Positions 38,801 to 51,320 of a stretch of DNA of 64,000 bases are shown here, one piece after another. The notes under the pieces were generated by a model, which was not told the origin of the DNA, did no database searches, and saw only the letters and a list, made by a program, of their open reading frames with translations. The translations under genes and the position numbers were made by a program. Location: assembly GCF_001194135.2 (NCBI RefSeq), contig NC_068988.1:34618657-34682656 (forward strand), in the 5' to 3' direction. Each line of letters begins with the position of its first letter. Within the stretch, counting starts at the first letter, position 1. Origin of the DNA: Octopus bimaculoides. Taxonomy: Eukaryota.

Positions 38801-39481
38801 GGAATGTAAACACTCAGAATACAGATTTAATATTTGTAAATATTAATCATTATCTCTAGTTCAGTTATATATTATGTTGTCATTGCAATGACATTCCTTA
38901 ATTTTTCACATTCAGTTTTGATGTCAGATAGTATTTTAGCTGTGTCCTCATGCACACAGCCATACCCATATACTCTCCCCCCCCACACACTTTTAAATAT
39001 TAGAGGCTTTTTAGGGTTAGGGCTTAACACTGGTTTTGTGACATCAAGGAGATTGTACATGAATATCTCATTAGATAGGACACCTGTTCATTACAGGTGT
39101 CTTCTATATACTACATATAGATCTTGATTACTGTGGCATATATATATTGTATTTTGGAAGTCTTCTCTTACTATCAGAACTTGTTAGAGCATTGACTGAT
39201 AAAATAACAAGATTGATAGGATTGATAAAATAACTGATAAGTACTGGGGGTGTGTTAACTCTAGTTTCCAACCCCAAAAATGTATAGCCTTGTGCTAATG
39301 CTTGATAATTAAAGCATGTACATTCTGGTTATCACTAAGGTACTGGCATGTAGATAAGAAGTTAATTTCCACAAACAAGTGGTTTCATGTCCAGTCCTAC
39401 TTCTCAAAAACTTAATGAGCTCTGGGCCAACTAATGTCTTGTTAATGAATTTGGTGAATAGAATCTGTGGAAATCTATTTA

Positions 39482-39547
<66 letters not shown>

Positions 39548-40836
39548 ATGTTGATGTCCTATAGTCTTAATTGAACAAAATATGTTTACATTCTTTAACA
39601 TTATGAGCAGTCACCCTGAACTTTCAAAGATTTGTGGCTTAAGAAATAAATTTCCCTTACTTGAAAAACAGATTAGTGTTGGCAACACGCAGATCATCTG
39701 GCTGTGAAACATTGCATCAGATACATCCCCATTCAACACATGCAAGCATGGAAAAACAAACGTTAAACAAATGATAAATGGAATTAATTATTGTTTATGT
39801 TTCTATTGTTCCATCTTGGAGTTATGTGGATCAGTTTTTGTGTCTTCTATGCATTATACTCAGATTTCTGCTGTATCTACTCAAGTGTTTTCAAACAGTT
39901 CATATATGTAGGCTTTTGTTGTTTATTCATTTCTTCAGCAGTTGTTTTAATTTTATTGTTGTTTTTGCTATTTTGATGATGTTAGCATTATTCAAATGAC
40001 ATTATATTGGCTAATTCAACGACAATGAATTTGGGAGTGTTGTGCAAGTAGAATTTAACATTCTACATTTATATTTAAGAGCTCTGCTCAAATGCATAGC
40101 CTGATACCTGGGGCTAAATTTGATCTCTGGTCTTAAGTGTTACCAGCTTAATACTATTATACTACAATATGTTGCTTCAAGTTTTGACATACAAAACAAG
40201 TAGATTTAAGTGGATCTAATGTAACTTAGGAACTGATTTAGTAACTACAGTTAAAGAGGCAACAGAAGAAACATAAAGCTCAGTATAACTTGCCTACATC
40301 CCTTGTGTGTCAAGATTTGTCATATGATTCTAACCTCACATGGTGTGATGTGACAAAACGCGAGAGTATTACAGTGATGGCCATTCAGCAGTGGCGCCAC
40401 CGTTACCGCCACCACTGCCACAACCACTACCACCACTGTCACTGTCTTTTACCTTTCCTGAAACTTGTTGGGTGCATTCATGTAAAGCACTGTTTAAGAT
40501 GCAGTATCATTCAAGCATGGAAATTGGTGAGGAACTGCATGTGTGCATGCATGCATGCCTATATGCAAGCATGCATGCATGCATGGACCTGTATGCATTT
40601 AAGCATTTATGTGCATGTGTGTGTTTGCAGGAAAATAAAACAAAGTTGGTAACTGCGAAAATAATAATAAAAAGCAATAACATGAACATAGAAATGGAAG
40701 AATTTCAAAAGAAATTCCATAATTCACAACTGACTAATCTCTTTCTTAGCAGGGAATATCCTCATGTGGCATTCCATAATTTCCTGTAAATTTCTATTTT
40801 CAATTTTTCCTTCTTATTCTTTGCTGTAAGATAGCT

Positions 40837-40871
<35 letters not shown>

Positions 40872-40895
40872 GTAAAGTTGTGTGTGTATGTGTTT

Positions 40896-41659
40896 NNNNN
40901 NNNNNNNNNNNNNNNNNNNNNNNNNNNNNNNNNNNNNNNNNNNNNNNNNNNNNNNNNNNNNNNNNNNNNNNNNNNNNNNNNNNNNNNNNNNNNNNNNNNN
41001 NNNNNNNNNNNNNNNNNNNNNNNNNNNNNNNNNNNNNNNNNNNNNNNNNNNNNNNNNNNNNNNNNNNNNNNNNNNNNNNNNNNNNNNNNNNNNNNNNNNN
41101 NNNNNNNNNNNNNNNNNNNNNNNNNNNNNNNNNNNNNNNNNNNNNNNNNNNNNNNNNNNNNNNNNNNNNNNNNNNNNNNNNNNNNNNNNNNNNNNNNNNN
41201 NNNNNNNNNNNNNNNNNNNNNNNNNNNNNNNNNNNNNNNNNNNNNNNNNNNNNNNNNNNNNNNNNNNNNNNNNNNNNNNNNNNNNNNNNNNNNNNNNNNN
41301 NNNNNNNNNNNNNNNNNNNNNNNNNNNNNNNNNNNNNNNNNNNNNNNNNNNNNNNNNNNNNNNNNNNNNNNNNNNNNNNNNNNNNNNNNNNNNNNNNNNN
41401 NNNNNNNNNNNNNNNNNNNNNNNNNNNNNNNNNNNNNNNNNNNNNNNNNNNNNNNNNNNNNNNNNNNNNNNNNNNNNNNNNNNNNNNNNNNNNNNNNNNN
41501 NNNNNNNNNNNNNNNNNNNNNNNNNNNNNNNNNNNNNNNNNNNNNNNNNNNNNNNNNNNNNNNNNNNNNNNNNNNNNNNNNNNNNNNNNNNNNNNNNNNN
41601 NNNNNNNNNNNNNNNNNNNNNNNNNNNNNNNNNNNNNNNNNNNNNNNNNNNNNNNNNNN
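40896..41659. other. Largest assembly gap (others: 3616-3625, 4637-4918, 11854-12094, 17289-17464, 24256-24306, 52524-52680, 56783-56792)
   Basis: Runs of N; small exons could be hidden in the sized gaps. Confidence 0.99.
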
Positions 41660-41815
41660 TCTCTCTCTCTAAATCACTCTCTCTCTCTAAATCACTCTCT
41701 CTCTCTAAATCACTCTCTCTCTCTCTAAATCACTCTCTCTCCCTCTCTAAATCACTCTCTCTCTCTCTAAGTCACTCTCCCTCTCTCTCTCTAAATCACT
41801 CTCTCTCTCTCTCAC
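41660..41815. repeat. Minisatellite of ~18-22-bp units, (CT)n-AAATCA, abutting the N-gap at 40896-41659
   Basis: CTCTCTCTCTAAATCA repeated about 7 times. Confidence 0.9.
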
Positions 41816-41932
41816 TGACTGACTGACTCACTCAACACAAACACACCATATGTACATACGTACCCTTTCGCATAGATTCTCTCATTTTGTCTGGTGTCTT
41901 TTGCTCATTCCTTTCTCTCCTTTCTCTCTCTG

Positions 41933-41971
<39 letters not shown>

Positions 41972-44359
41972 GTTCCTCTGCCTCTCATGCATTACTCTTG
42001 TAAATTCAATAGACACATCCAATAAATTTACAGCTCACTTCACATTTTTGACACCTTCCCATCTTTCTCATCTCTGTCTCACTCTCTCAATCACACACAC
42101 ATTTTTACATATTGTCGCACAAATCCCTTACAGAATCCTAACATTCCCCTCTGTTCCCCACTCTCTCTGTCTCACAAATTGATGCACTATATTACTCTAC
42201 ACACCTGCACTAAATACGCACTCAGCACGCACTTATGTATGTTCCCCCTCCCATCTTTCCGTGTATCCCCACTGATGTTTCCACTTAACCCACACTGGTT
42301 GATTCTATTTCCAAAGCAGAAGGCTAAGAGAGTATGGCCTACAAAATAGCTTCCTTTAAAAATAAATTTCCATTCATATCTAGCTAATATAGGATGTATG
42401 TGTGTGTGTGTGTGAGAGAGAGAGAGAAAGAGAGAGAGGGCTACTTATTTTTTTCTGTGTGTTTTGGAAATATTCTTGTTGCTTTTGCTTTTATTGCGTA
42501 TTTTTTCTTTATATTTGTTACTCCTAACATGTTTGTCAATACTAAAATATTTCTTTACATTCTCCTCAGTTATTATCTCTATGATGAAAATCACCATAAT
42601 TTCATTGCTATCATCATCATCATCACCATCTTTGTCGGTAGCAGTAACATTGTTGTTATCAATGTCATCATACTTACATCATCATCATTGTCATCCTCAT
42701 CGACACCACCACCAGTCATCATTGTTATCTTCATCATCACTTTGACCAAATAAATCTAAACTCAAGCCAGGACATAAATTTTTGATTCAACTGGAGTTTA
42801 CTACCATCTGCTCAAGAGTAATAGTAACATCCTGCTATAGCAGGGTTCTATCAACTACCCAGTTCTCTTGGTCATTTCACCTACATCCAAACTATTAGCC
42901 AACCCGAGGCTGTGGCAAAAATCATTTGCACAAGGAACCATGTTGTAATATTGAACCCAGAGCCATTTTTACTGTGCCCATAAAATATGATCTTTGACAA
43001 TATATTATAGCTCCTCAAACTCTTACATGGCCTAAAATAGAACTAGGAATGTTTTAAGTATAGGGTTTCTTGGGCAGTAAGTCTTCATGTGGATGCTTGC
43101 CTTGTTAGAAATGTCAGGTAAATCTCCTTCAAAATGCTCACAAAGAAGCCCCCAAAACCACATGCATTATGTAATGCAGTTCTAGAATTGTTTTGTCAGA
43201 AAAAAAAAACAAAGACTGGCCTTGGCCAGATCACCCTTTATCACGGGTATGTTCTATGGCTGCTGTCAAGTCCCAGCCTGAATGCCTGCAACAGAGTGAG
43301 TGCTGCTAAAAATACCCAAGGACCAAGTGGTGGTAGCAAACTGGGTGATGGATTAAGTCTACCATCCAACAACTCAGATTACAAAGAGCCAGACATGATT
43401 CACCATAAGGCATTCCTGTTTGGTTCTTCAGCAATACTATAATCCACTGTCCTGGGCTGGTACTCTATACTATTGTCCCTGAAATTATGAAAGGCAAAAA
43501 TGACCACAGCAGGAGTTGAACTCAAGGTGCATAGAGCCAGAATTCATTTATTTTATACTCTGCCATATGAAATGCAGACATGTAATGATGATGATGATGA
43601 TGGTGTTGCAGTGCATTTGTTTTAGCTGTTGATTAATGTTACTAATCTTATTTTGTTGATTTTGTGTTCATTCACACCATATTATTGTTGTTTGGCTGTC
43701 TGTTTATTTGTGATTTTATTTCTTTACTTTCTATGTTGTTTGTCGTTTTGTTTATTTAGTTTTCATGTTGTTGATCAGTACATTTACTTTTACATTAGTT
43801 TTGTTTAATGTTTGAGTTTACAAAAGAAAGAAAGAAAAATGTTGTGTTACCATTCTAACAAGTGTATGGTTTTTCCCTTATTGTATGTATATATATGTAC
43901 GTAGCTGTTTCGATTAGTAGAGAAAAAGACTGTGTGGAGGATGTGAGTGTGTATAAAAGTTTTGTATTTCAACTTTTCCTTTAATGCTAGTTCTTTAACT
44001 TTACTAGCTTTCCTAATGGAAATATTTAGAGTTGGTAAAACTGGAAGCAAAAAGTGCAGCAAAAATAGTAAGGTAATAAATAAATAAATGAAATAGAAAT
44101 AAAATGAAATAAATAAATATTGGAAGTGGTGATGTTGTTGGTGTTTTAAAGCATCAATCTTTACAAACAGCATCAACTGAAGCAGCAACTACAACAACAA
44201 TGAAATTGCATAAGATAGCAAAAAGTAGCAAAGGCAACAAGAATAACAACTACAACAAACAAGACAACACCAGCAGTTTAGACTAGAAGACAACCAAGTT
44301 CACCTAAGTGCAAGAGAATTATGTATATATAAATGTGTGTGTGTGTGTGTGTCTATCTA

Positions 44360-44473
<114 letters not shown>

Positions 44474-45021
44474 TATATAAATATATATACTCACACACTT
44501 GTTAATATACATATGTACGTAAAATTTTATGATACTTATGTATGTCATCAAACAGTGATTTATAAAAATGTGGGTGATATATGAGATAGCACACATATGC
44601 ATGTAAACAAACAGAGCATTTCAAGAAAGTAGGTCTCTATAGGTGTGTGAGTGTGTGTATACATAGCTATATAGATAAATGTAAGTAAATTGTTTGTGTA
44701 TTGCCAAAGAAAATAAGTATATTTGTTCTATATAAATAAGTAGGTATACATACAATTCAAACTTATAAGAAATGCATGTAGTTGTTTATATATATATACA
44801 TACACTCTATTACCTGTATATTTGGGGTAGGAAGTTTTATATACTTGTGTATTTCTATATGTGAAGTTGGAAAATTTTGTGTTAATTTAATGCTAGGTAG
44901 CTACAAATTAAAATATTTCTTTTAATCTCAACATCTCTTCTTTATATGAGAAAGAGAGGACTATGTAATATAAGTATGTACACATAAATATGACTAGAAA
45001 TGTATGTGTGTGTGTGTGTGC

Positions 45022-45078
<57 letters not shown>

Positions 45079-45577
45079 AATGTGTGTGTGTCTATATATA
45101 TATATATGTATGTATACAAATGTGTGTTTGTGTGTGTGTGTGTGTATGTGTGTGTACTTAGAATTGTATATATATGTGTGTATATATAGATATAGATAGA
45201 TTGATAGATATTCTGCATGGTATCCCTATCATATTTGTATATATATTTACTTATCAATCATGTCCACATATGCACAAACATCTTAACTATGTTTAGAAAT
45301 ATGCTTTTCCTTTCACTTAGAAACACATAAACATGTGAATACGTTACAGATGCGTGCCACACACACACACACGTATATATAATGTATACATCTATTTTGC
45401 ACATAACTACATACACACACACACAAGGCACCACACATCTTCTTAGATATGCATGTGTGTAAGAAAGAAAGGTATGTGTGTGTGTGTGTGTGTGTGGTTA
45501 TTCTTTCACTAACACAGTTATCACAACCATACACCACACACATTTGTACTCCTCACAATCTCAAACGTAGATTAAGT

Positions 45578-45621
<44 letters not shown>

Positions 45622-46173
45622 CTCCTCACATTAGATTTTCTCTTTCTTGTTCTACCAATATTTTTTTTAACCCCTGGCAAATAAATAAATGCTTGCACTA
45701 ACTCACACCATAAGTTCTCTTGTTGGATCTAACTAATGTGGTTTTGGCCACGCTATAGCAACGCTACAACTTATTTGAAGTATCTTGCTGATTATTTTTT
45801 CTTCTATATGTTTCAATTAGAAGTTCTATTATATTGTTTTAGCCTATTTTCATGCACACACTACACATGCGTGCACACACACACGCACACGTGATTCTTC
45901 TGATCTTGTAGCATACTTATTTTATTATTATATTTTTTCCAGACAACAGACCAGTATATATTCTTATATACTGCTTTTTAGTTATTGAGTAAACATGGAT
46001 ATATGTGTGTAAGATATATGTATATATATAATCCAAATAAGAAAACAAACAAAGCGCTATTGATAAGTTACAACTGTTTCAGTACTACTCTCTTTTTAAT
46101 ACCATTATATGCAAAAGTTCCTTGTGGAAAGTTACATAATATTTGCAATGTTACACATTAGTGTGACACTTCA

Positions 46174-46245
46174 TCAGACTTGCATCAAAAGGTGCATTCT
46201 TACATTGTTCACAGTGTAAGAATGTACCTTTTTGCAATAGTCTGG
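46174..46245 (+). ncRNA. Candidate pre-miRNA-like hairpin (no match to a family I recognise)
   Basis: ~32-bp stem: a continuous 21-bp upper stem with 2 G.U, two 2-nt bulges and a 4-nt apical loop. CTTC (CNNC) lies at 46253-46256. Confidence 0.4.
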
Positions 46246-46394
46246 TTTCCGTCTTCTGTTTATCGCTATTCTCTAACAAGAACTAGATTTTGATTCTGAT
46301 CCTTATTCTTAAGAAATCTTTTATGGGTTTTGAAGATATCTGATACACATAGGCATTGCTTTGTTTGGAATCATCTTCTATTTTTGCCTTTGGC

Positions 46395-46688
46395 CAACCA
46401 AAACCTTTTAAGTGGATTCAGTAGGTAGAAACTGAAAGAAGCTTGTATATATTTATGTGTGTAATGTGTGTGTGTTTGTGTCTCTTATCTTGGTGTTGTG
46501 TGATAGTTGTAAATGATTGTCATTGTTATAAAGCAGTGTCATTCATTTCTAATATTTTGTGAAAATACATTGGCCGTGGTAAAGGTTGGCTACTGGAAGG
46601 TCATTCAGTTGTAGAACATATAGTCCAATAAACTCTGTCCAACTCATGGAAGTGGAAAAGTGAATGTTAAAATGATGGTGATGATGAC
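46395..46688 (+). mobile_element. CORE-type SINE, 5'-eroded, with RTE-like tail
   Basis: GTGGATT...AGAAACTGAAAGAAGC...GCAGTGTCATTCATTTC...CCAACTCATGG...GTTAAAATGATGGTGATGATG. Confidence 0.65.
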
Positions 46689-47439
46689 ATAGCTATACTT
46701 CTAATGCAAACACTCTTATTTACTCACATATGTGTATTTGCACAGTAGATCTTAAATAAAACGTGTTGGGGTCAGTGAAATGAGCTATTGATCCATATGT
46801 GTGTGTGTGTGTGTGTGTGTGTGTCTATATATATATATGCTGAAAGGAAAAACAACAACAAAGAAAAAGAAACAAAAACAACCAGTGGAGATTGTATGAT
46901 TGAATATGGAATGAACATTGAAATAGAGACCTCTTTCTGAATAGAAGGAATTATGATTAATGATATTGCGGAGAGAAAACTAATTAGTATGGTGTTTTAA
47001 TTGTTAAATGGTAGAAGTCTACTTTCACCAGATATTAAACATATCTATTTTCCTCTTGATATTGATGGCAGCAAATTGACTGGACTGTTCGTGCAATTGA
47101 CATTTTGTTTTGGCTCTTTATATTCTCGAAATTGAAATTCCACCAAGGGCACGTTGGTCTTTCAATTTTCAATGGCTGAGGAAATAAAGTATCATACTGG
47201 AGCAGTGAACTGGTGGTGTTAGAGCATTGGATAATAATTGTTCTGTATCTTTGTGTTCAGAGCATCCAAGACAATAGGACAAGCTTGTCTGTGTCGAAAA
47301 CAAGGTAATGGGGAAACCACTTTTACATTCTACAATAAAAATTTCTTGATAGTTACATAGCACTTGTTGAGGAAACTACCACTATCTTGGATTGTTGCTT
47401 AAATGTAGACAGAACTGGCTCTGTATGTTACATATAATA

Positions 47440-48020
47440 TTTGTACTGTTTGGTATAGCATAATACTCTACGGAAGAATATAGTATTGTATGGTGTCGTA
47501 TAGTATTGTCCAGCCATAGTATTGTATGGTATAGCTTAGAATTCTATGGCATAGCATTGTACTGTATGATATAATATAGTACTATATAGTATAACCCAGT
47601 ACTGAATAGCATAGTTGGAACAATACTGTATAATACAGTATAGTATACTACAGCACAATATAAGCATCGTATTGTTCTGGGCAGTATAATATAGTTAACA
47701 GTGCTGTAGTGTGCAGTATAATGTAGTATTTCTGTAGAGTAGTGTACAATATAGAGCAGTATTGTATACCACAGTACTGTGCTGTATTATACAGTAACTG
47801 TAGTACAACACAACAATTCTATGGTATAATATGGTACGAGTATAGTATTTAGTATTATGTTATATAGTATAGTACAGTGGTGTACAGAGTGTAATATAGT
47901 GTAGTAGAATATAGCATGGTAATAGTCCCATACTGTATTGTTATACTATAGTACTATGTTATATAGTATTACAATGTACAGTATAGTATGGCATACAATA
48001 CTCTATATTACAGTACTAAA
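47440..48020. repeat. Degenerate pentanucleotide satellite (ATAGT/ACAGT/ACTAT-type units)
   Basis: About 580 bp with 5-bp periodicity and units in both orientations. Confidence 0.8.
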
Positions 48021-49385
48021 GAATTTAGTACATTCCTCTGAAGTGAGAAAGAGAAAGAGAGAGATTGAAGTGCATACCTTCTCTTGATTGGTCATTTATT
48101 TTGCCATTTTTCAAACTTAGTATAAAAAAAAAAAAACTGGCAGTGAGAAAAAAAAAAAATCGGTTTTGAAAACTACACTAATAATAATAATAAGAACAAC
48201 AACAACAATTATAACAACATTGGTAATGATATCATCAGCCTTCCCCAAACTATTGTAAGATAAAGAGATATATATATTCAACATCTGTCATCTTTCTTAA
48301 ACATCTTGTCTGTCTGCTGTTAATATTATTTCAACTGAAACATAAAGAGAGGAAAGCTAAGAAGACAGGCAGAAAAAAAAAGAGAAAAAGGGAAGCAGAC
48401 ATGAGAAAGAAAATATCTTTGCTAAAAGAAAAGAAAAGAAAATAGTTGAGAAACAGCAACAATGATGATACAAAGTAGACCTCTAGGGGAGACATAATAC
48501 CCCATCCACAAAACAAAACATAACCCCACCACACATGAAACTATCAGACAGACATAAATATGTACCATCATCATCTGCAACCCTGCTAACAACTCTTCGA
48601 GGATAGGTGGTACATCTTTGGCTCACTGGAGACTTGTAATTATATAAGTTGGGGTCTACTGTCTTTTTTTCCTGATTTCATAGATATTGTGAGTGGTTTC
48701 CTACAATCCTGGGGCTCTAGCTTTAGCACAGCTAGTATTGAGAAAATGAGAGGGAGACAGAAGGGAGATGAATGGACTTCAGCATTTCAATAGTCATCTA
48801 TCTTTATCGCACTGCCAACCAAACTCTCCCTTCTCCACCTGGAAAGAGATGTAAAGTTGATCTTTGTGACATTCAAACACAGAACGCAGTGACCCAGAAT
48901 ATAGAAATGTTTTCTAGCTCTGTCTCGCATTCTAACACGAATACACATGCATGCATATATTCCTACATTGTGTTTGTGTGTGTGTGTGTACTCACGTTTA
49001 CTCATTAGCATGCGTATACACACACATATATGCATATATATATATATTGTGAAGGTCAAGTTGACTGGGACTTCACAATAACTTTGACGCTACTCTCAGC
49101 ATGGAGCCGGCCTATCAGTAAATATTCTGATGTTACTTTTGAAATTACTTTTTAACAATAACCTTACTTTAGCATATAATCATAAACCCATACTTAAAAA
49201 TATTATTACGTATATCTATGTATAGATATACATTAACACACATTCAAACACACACATAGAACACAAATAAACATATCAGTTTATGTATACATACACACTC
49301 ATACAAACATAAGCATACATAAAAATATATGCACATATGAATTTGTATACATGCACACGTATTTGTATACATACACACATACATT

Positions 49386-50437
49386 TGTATACATATACCC
49401 ATATGTATGCAAACATACTTATGCATGCATATGCACCCATCCTTCTCCCCCTCTTTCTCCCTCTCCTTCTCTCCCTCCTTCTCCCCTTCTTCCTCCCCTC
49501 CTCCTCCTCCTTCTCGTCTCCTCCTCCTCCTCCTCATCATCATCATGTCTACCTCTTCCATATAACTTAGGGTTACATGAAACATTTTGAGACAGTATTG
49601 TAAACAGCCACTCTTCATGAAGTGGGTAGTTTATTTCACTGGTCTTCATATGTTGAACTGAGCTGTTATGCCATATTATTTATGTGACACATAAACATCA
49701 CCATGCAGTATCAATGCTCGATGTGAAGCAACACAAAGACACATACTTCCATTTAATGCAATTCCATACTGTTTCTGCCTATTATATTTCACTCACAAAA
49801 TATTGACCTACCCAAGGCTATAGTAGTAAACACTTGCCCATAATGCTGTATATAGGGATAGAAGCTGAAACAATGTTGTTGCAAAATAAACTTTTAAGCC
49901 GTATAGCCATTTCTGCTTCTATATACACATGTATATACATATTGTTTGTGTGTGTGTGCGTATATGTATGTGTGTATATGTATATATATGTGTGTGTGTT
50001 TGTGTATATATGTGTATATGTATATATATATATGTGTGTGTGTGTATGTATATGTATGTATTTATATGTATGTGTATATATGTATGTATATATATATGTA
50101 TATATGTATGCATAAATATGTATGTATACATATACCCATATGTATGCAAACATACTTATGCATGCATATGCACCATCCTTCTCCCCTCTTTCTCCCTCTC
50201 CTTCTCTCCCTCCTTCTCCCCTTCTTCGTCCCCTCCTCCTCCTCCTTCTCGTCTCCTCGTCCTTCTCATCATCATCATGTCTACCTCTTCCATATAACTT
50301 AGGGTTACATAAAACATTTTGAGACAGTATTGTAAACAGCCACTGTTCATGAAGTGGGTAGTTTATTTCACTGGTCTTCATATGTTGAACTGAGCTGTTA
50401 TGCCATATTATTTATGTGACACATAAACATCACCATG
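49386..50437 (+). repeat. Local duplication: 49386-49705 and 50123-50437 (~320 bp, ~96-97% identical)
   Basis: Direct alignment; several substitutions and indels; no N-gap between the copies. Confidence 0.9.
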
Positions 50438-50448
50438 TGTGTGTGTGA

Positions 50449-50500
<52 letters not shown>

Positions 50501-50587
50501 GTATGTATGTTTGTATGTGTATATATATATATATACATACAGACATACACACCTATATATATATATATGTAGGTATGTATGTTTGTA

Positions 50588-50623
<36 letters not shown>

Positions 50624-50897
50624 CATATATATATATGGCAAAGTCATCTTGTGTCCAAGTATGACCACTTCTCAGACTCAGGCAGCATTTATTAAAGCAC
50701 GATAGCAATAGAGGAATGTGGCTGTGTAGGAAACTGGAAATTCATGACTGCAGTCGCCTATGCTATACCTATTGTGTGTCCTCATAAGTGAGGAAAATAC
50801 GAAAGTGGTACTATATATGTAAATACATATATGAATATTTATATACATACCTGTATTTATTTATTTATTTATTCATTTATTTATTTATTTATTTATT

Positions 50898-50947
<50 letters not shown>

Positions 50948-51320
50948 CACACACACATTTATACAAACACACACACACATCTGTATGGATACCATCATCA
51001 TTTAACAGTCATGTTTCATGAGGTAAATGATGAATATATATACATATATGCATTTGTATATGCTTGCCTATATTTATTTAGGTGCACACATGTATATGCA
51101 AGTTTATGTGTGTATATACACATACATACACATGTGTTCCTGAGAGAAATGTTATTGCTTTTGTTTAGCTTTGTATTTTTATTATATTTTATTTTCCTTT
51201 GTTTTTTTTTTTTTTGTCTTGTCATTCACATACTTATTTTTGTGCATGTTTGCATTTCTTTGTTACCAGCTGTGGTGTGTTTCATCTTTGATGATCTATG
51301 AAGATACATTGCATAAACAC

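Noticed and set aside
41660-41815. Regularly spaced repeats (CRISPR-like?)
   Set aside because: Eukaryotic minisatellite with no unique spacers.
42831-42844. Short perfect palindromes (CCTGCTATAGCAGG; also ACCCCTAGGGGT at ~24228 and CCAAATATTTGG at ~20442)
   Set aside because: Several 12-14-bp palindromes are expected by chance in 60 kb.
46149-46251. Minus-strand CTGATGA between two hairpins with an upstream GAAAC (type II hammerhead?)
   Set aside because: Stems I, II and III do not close on the core positions.
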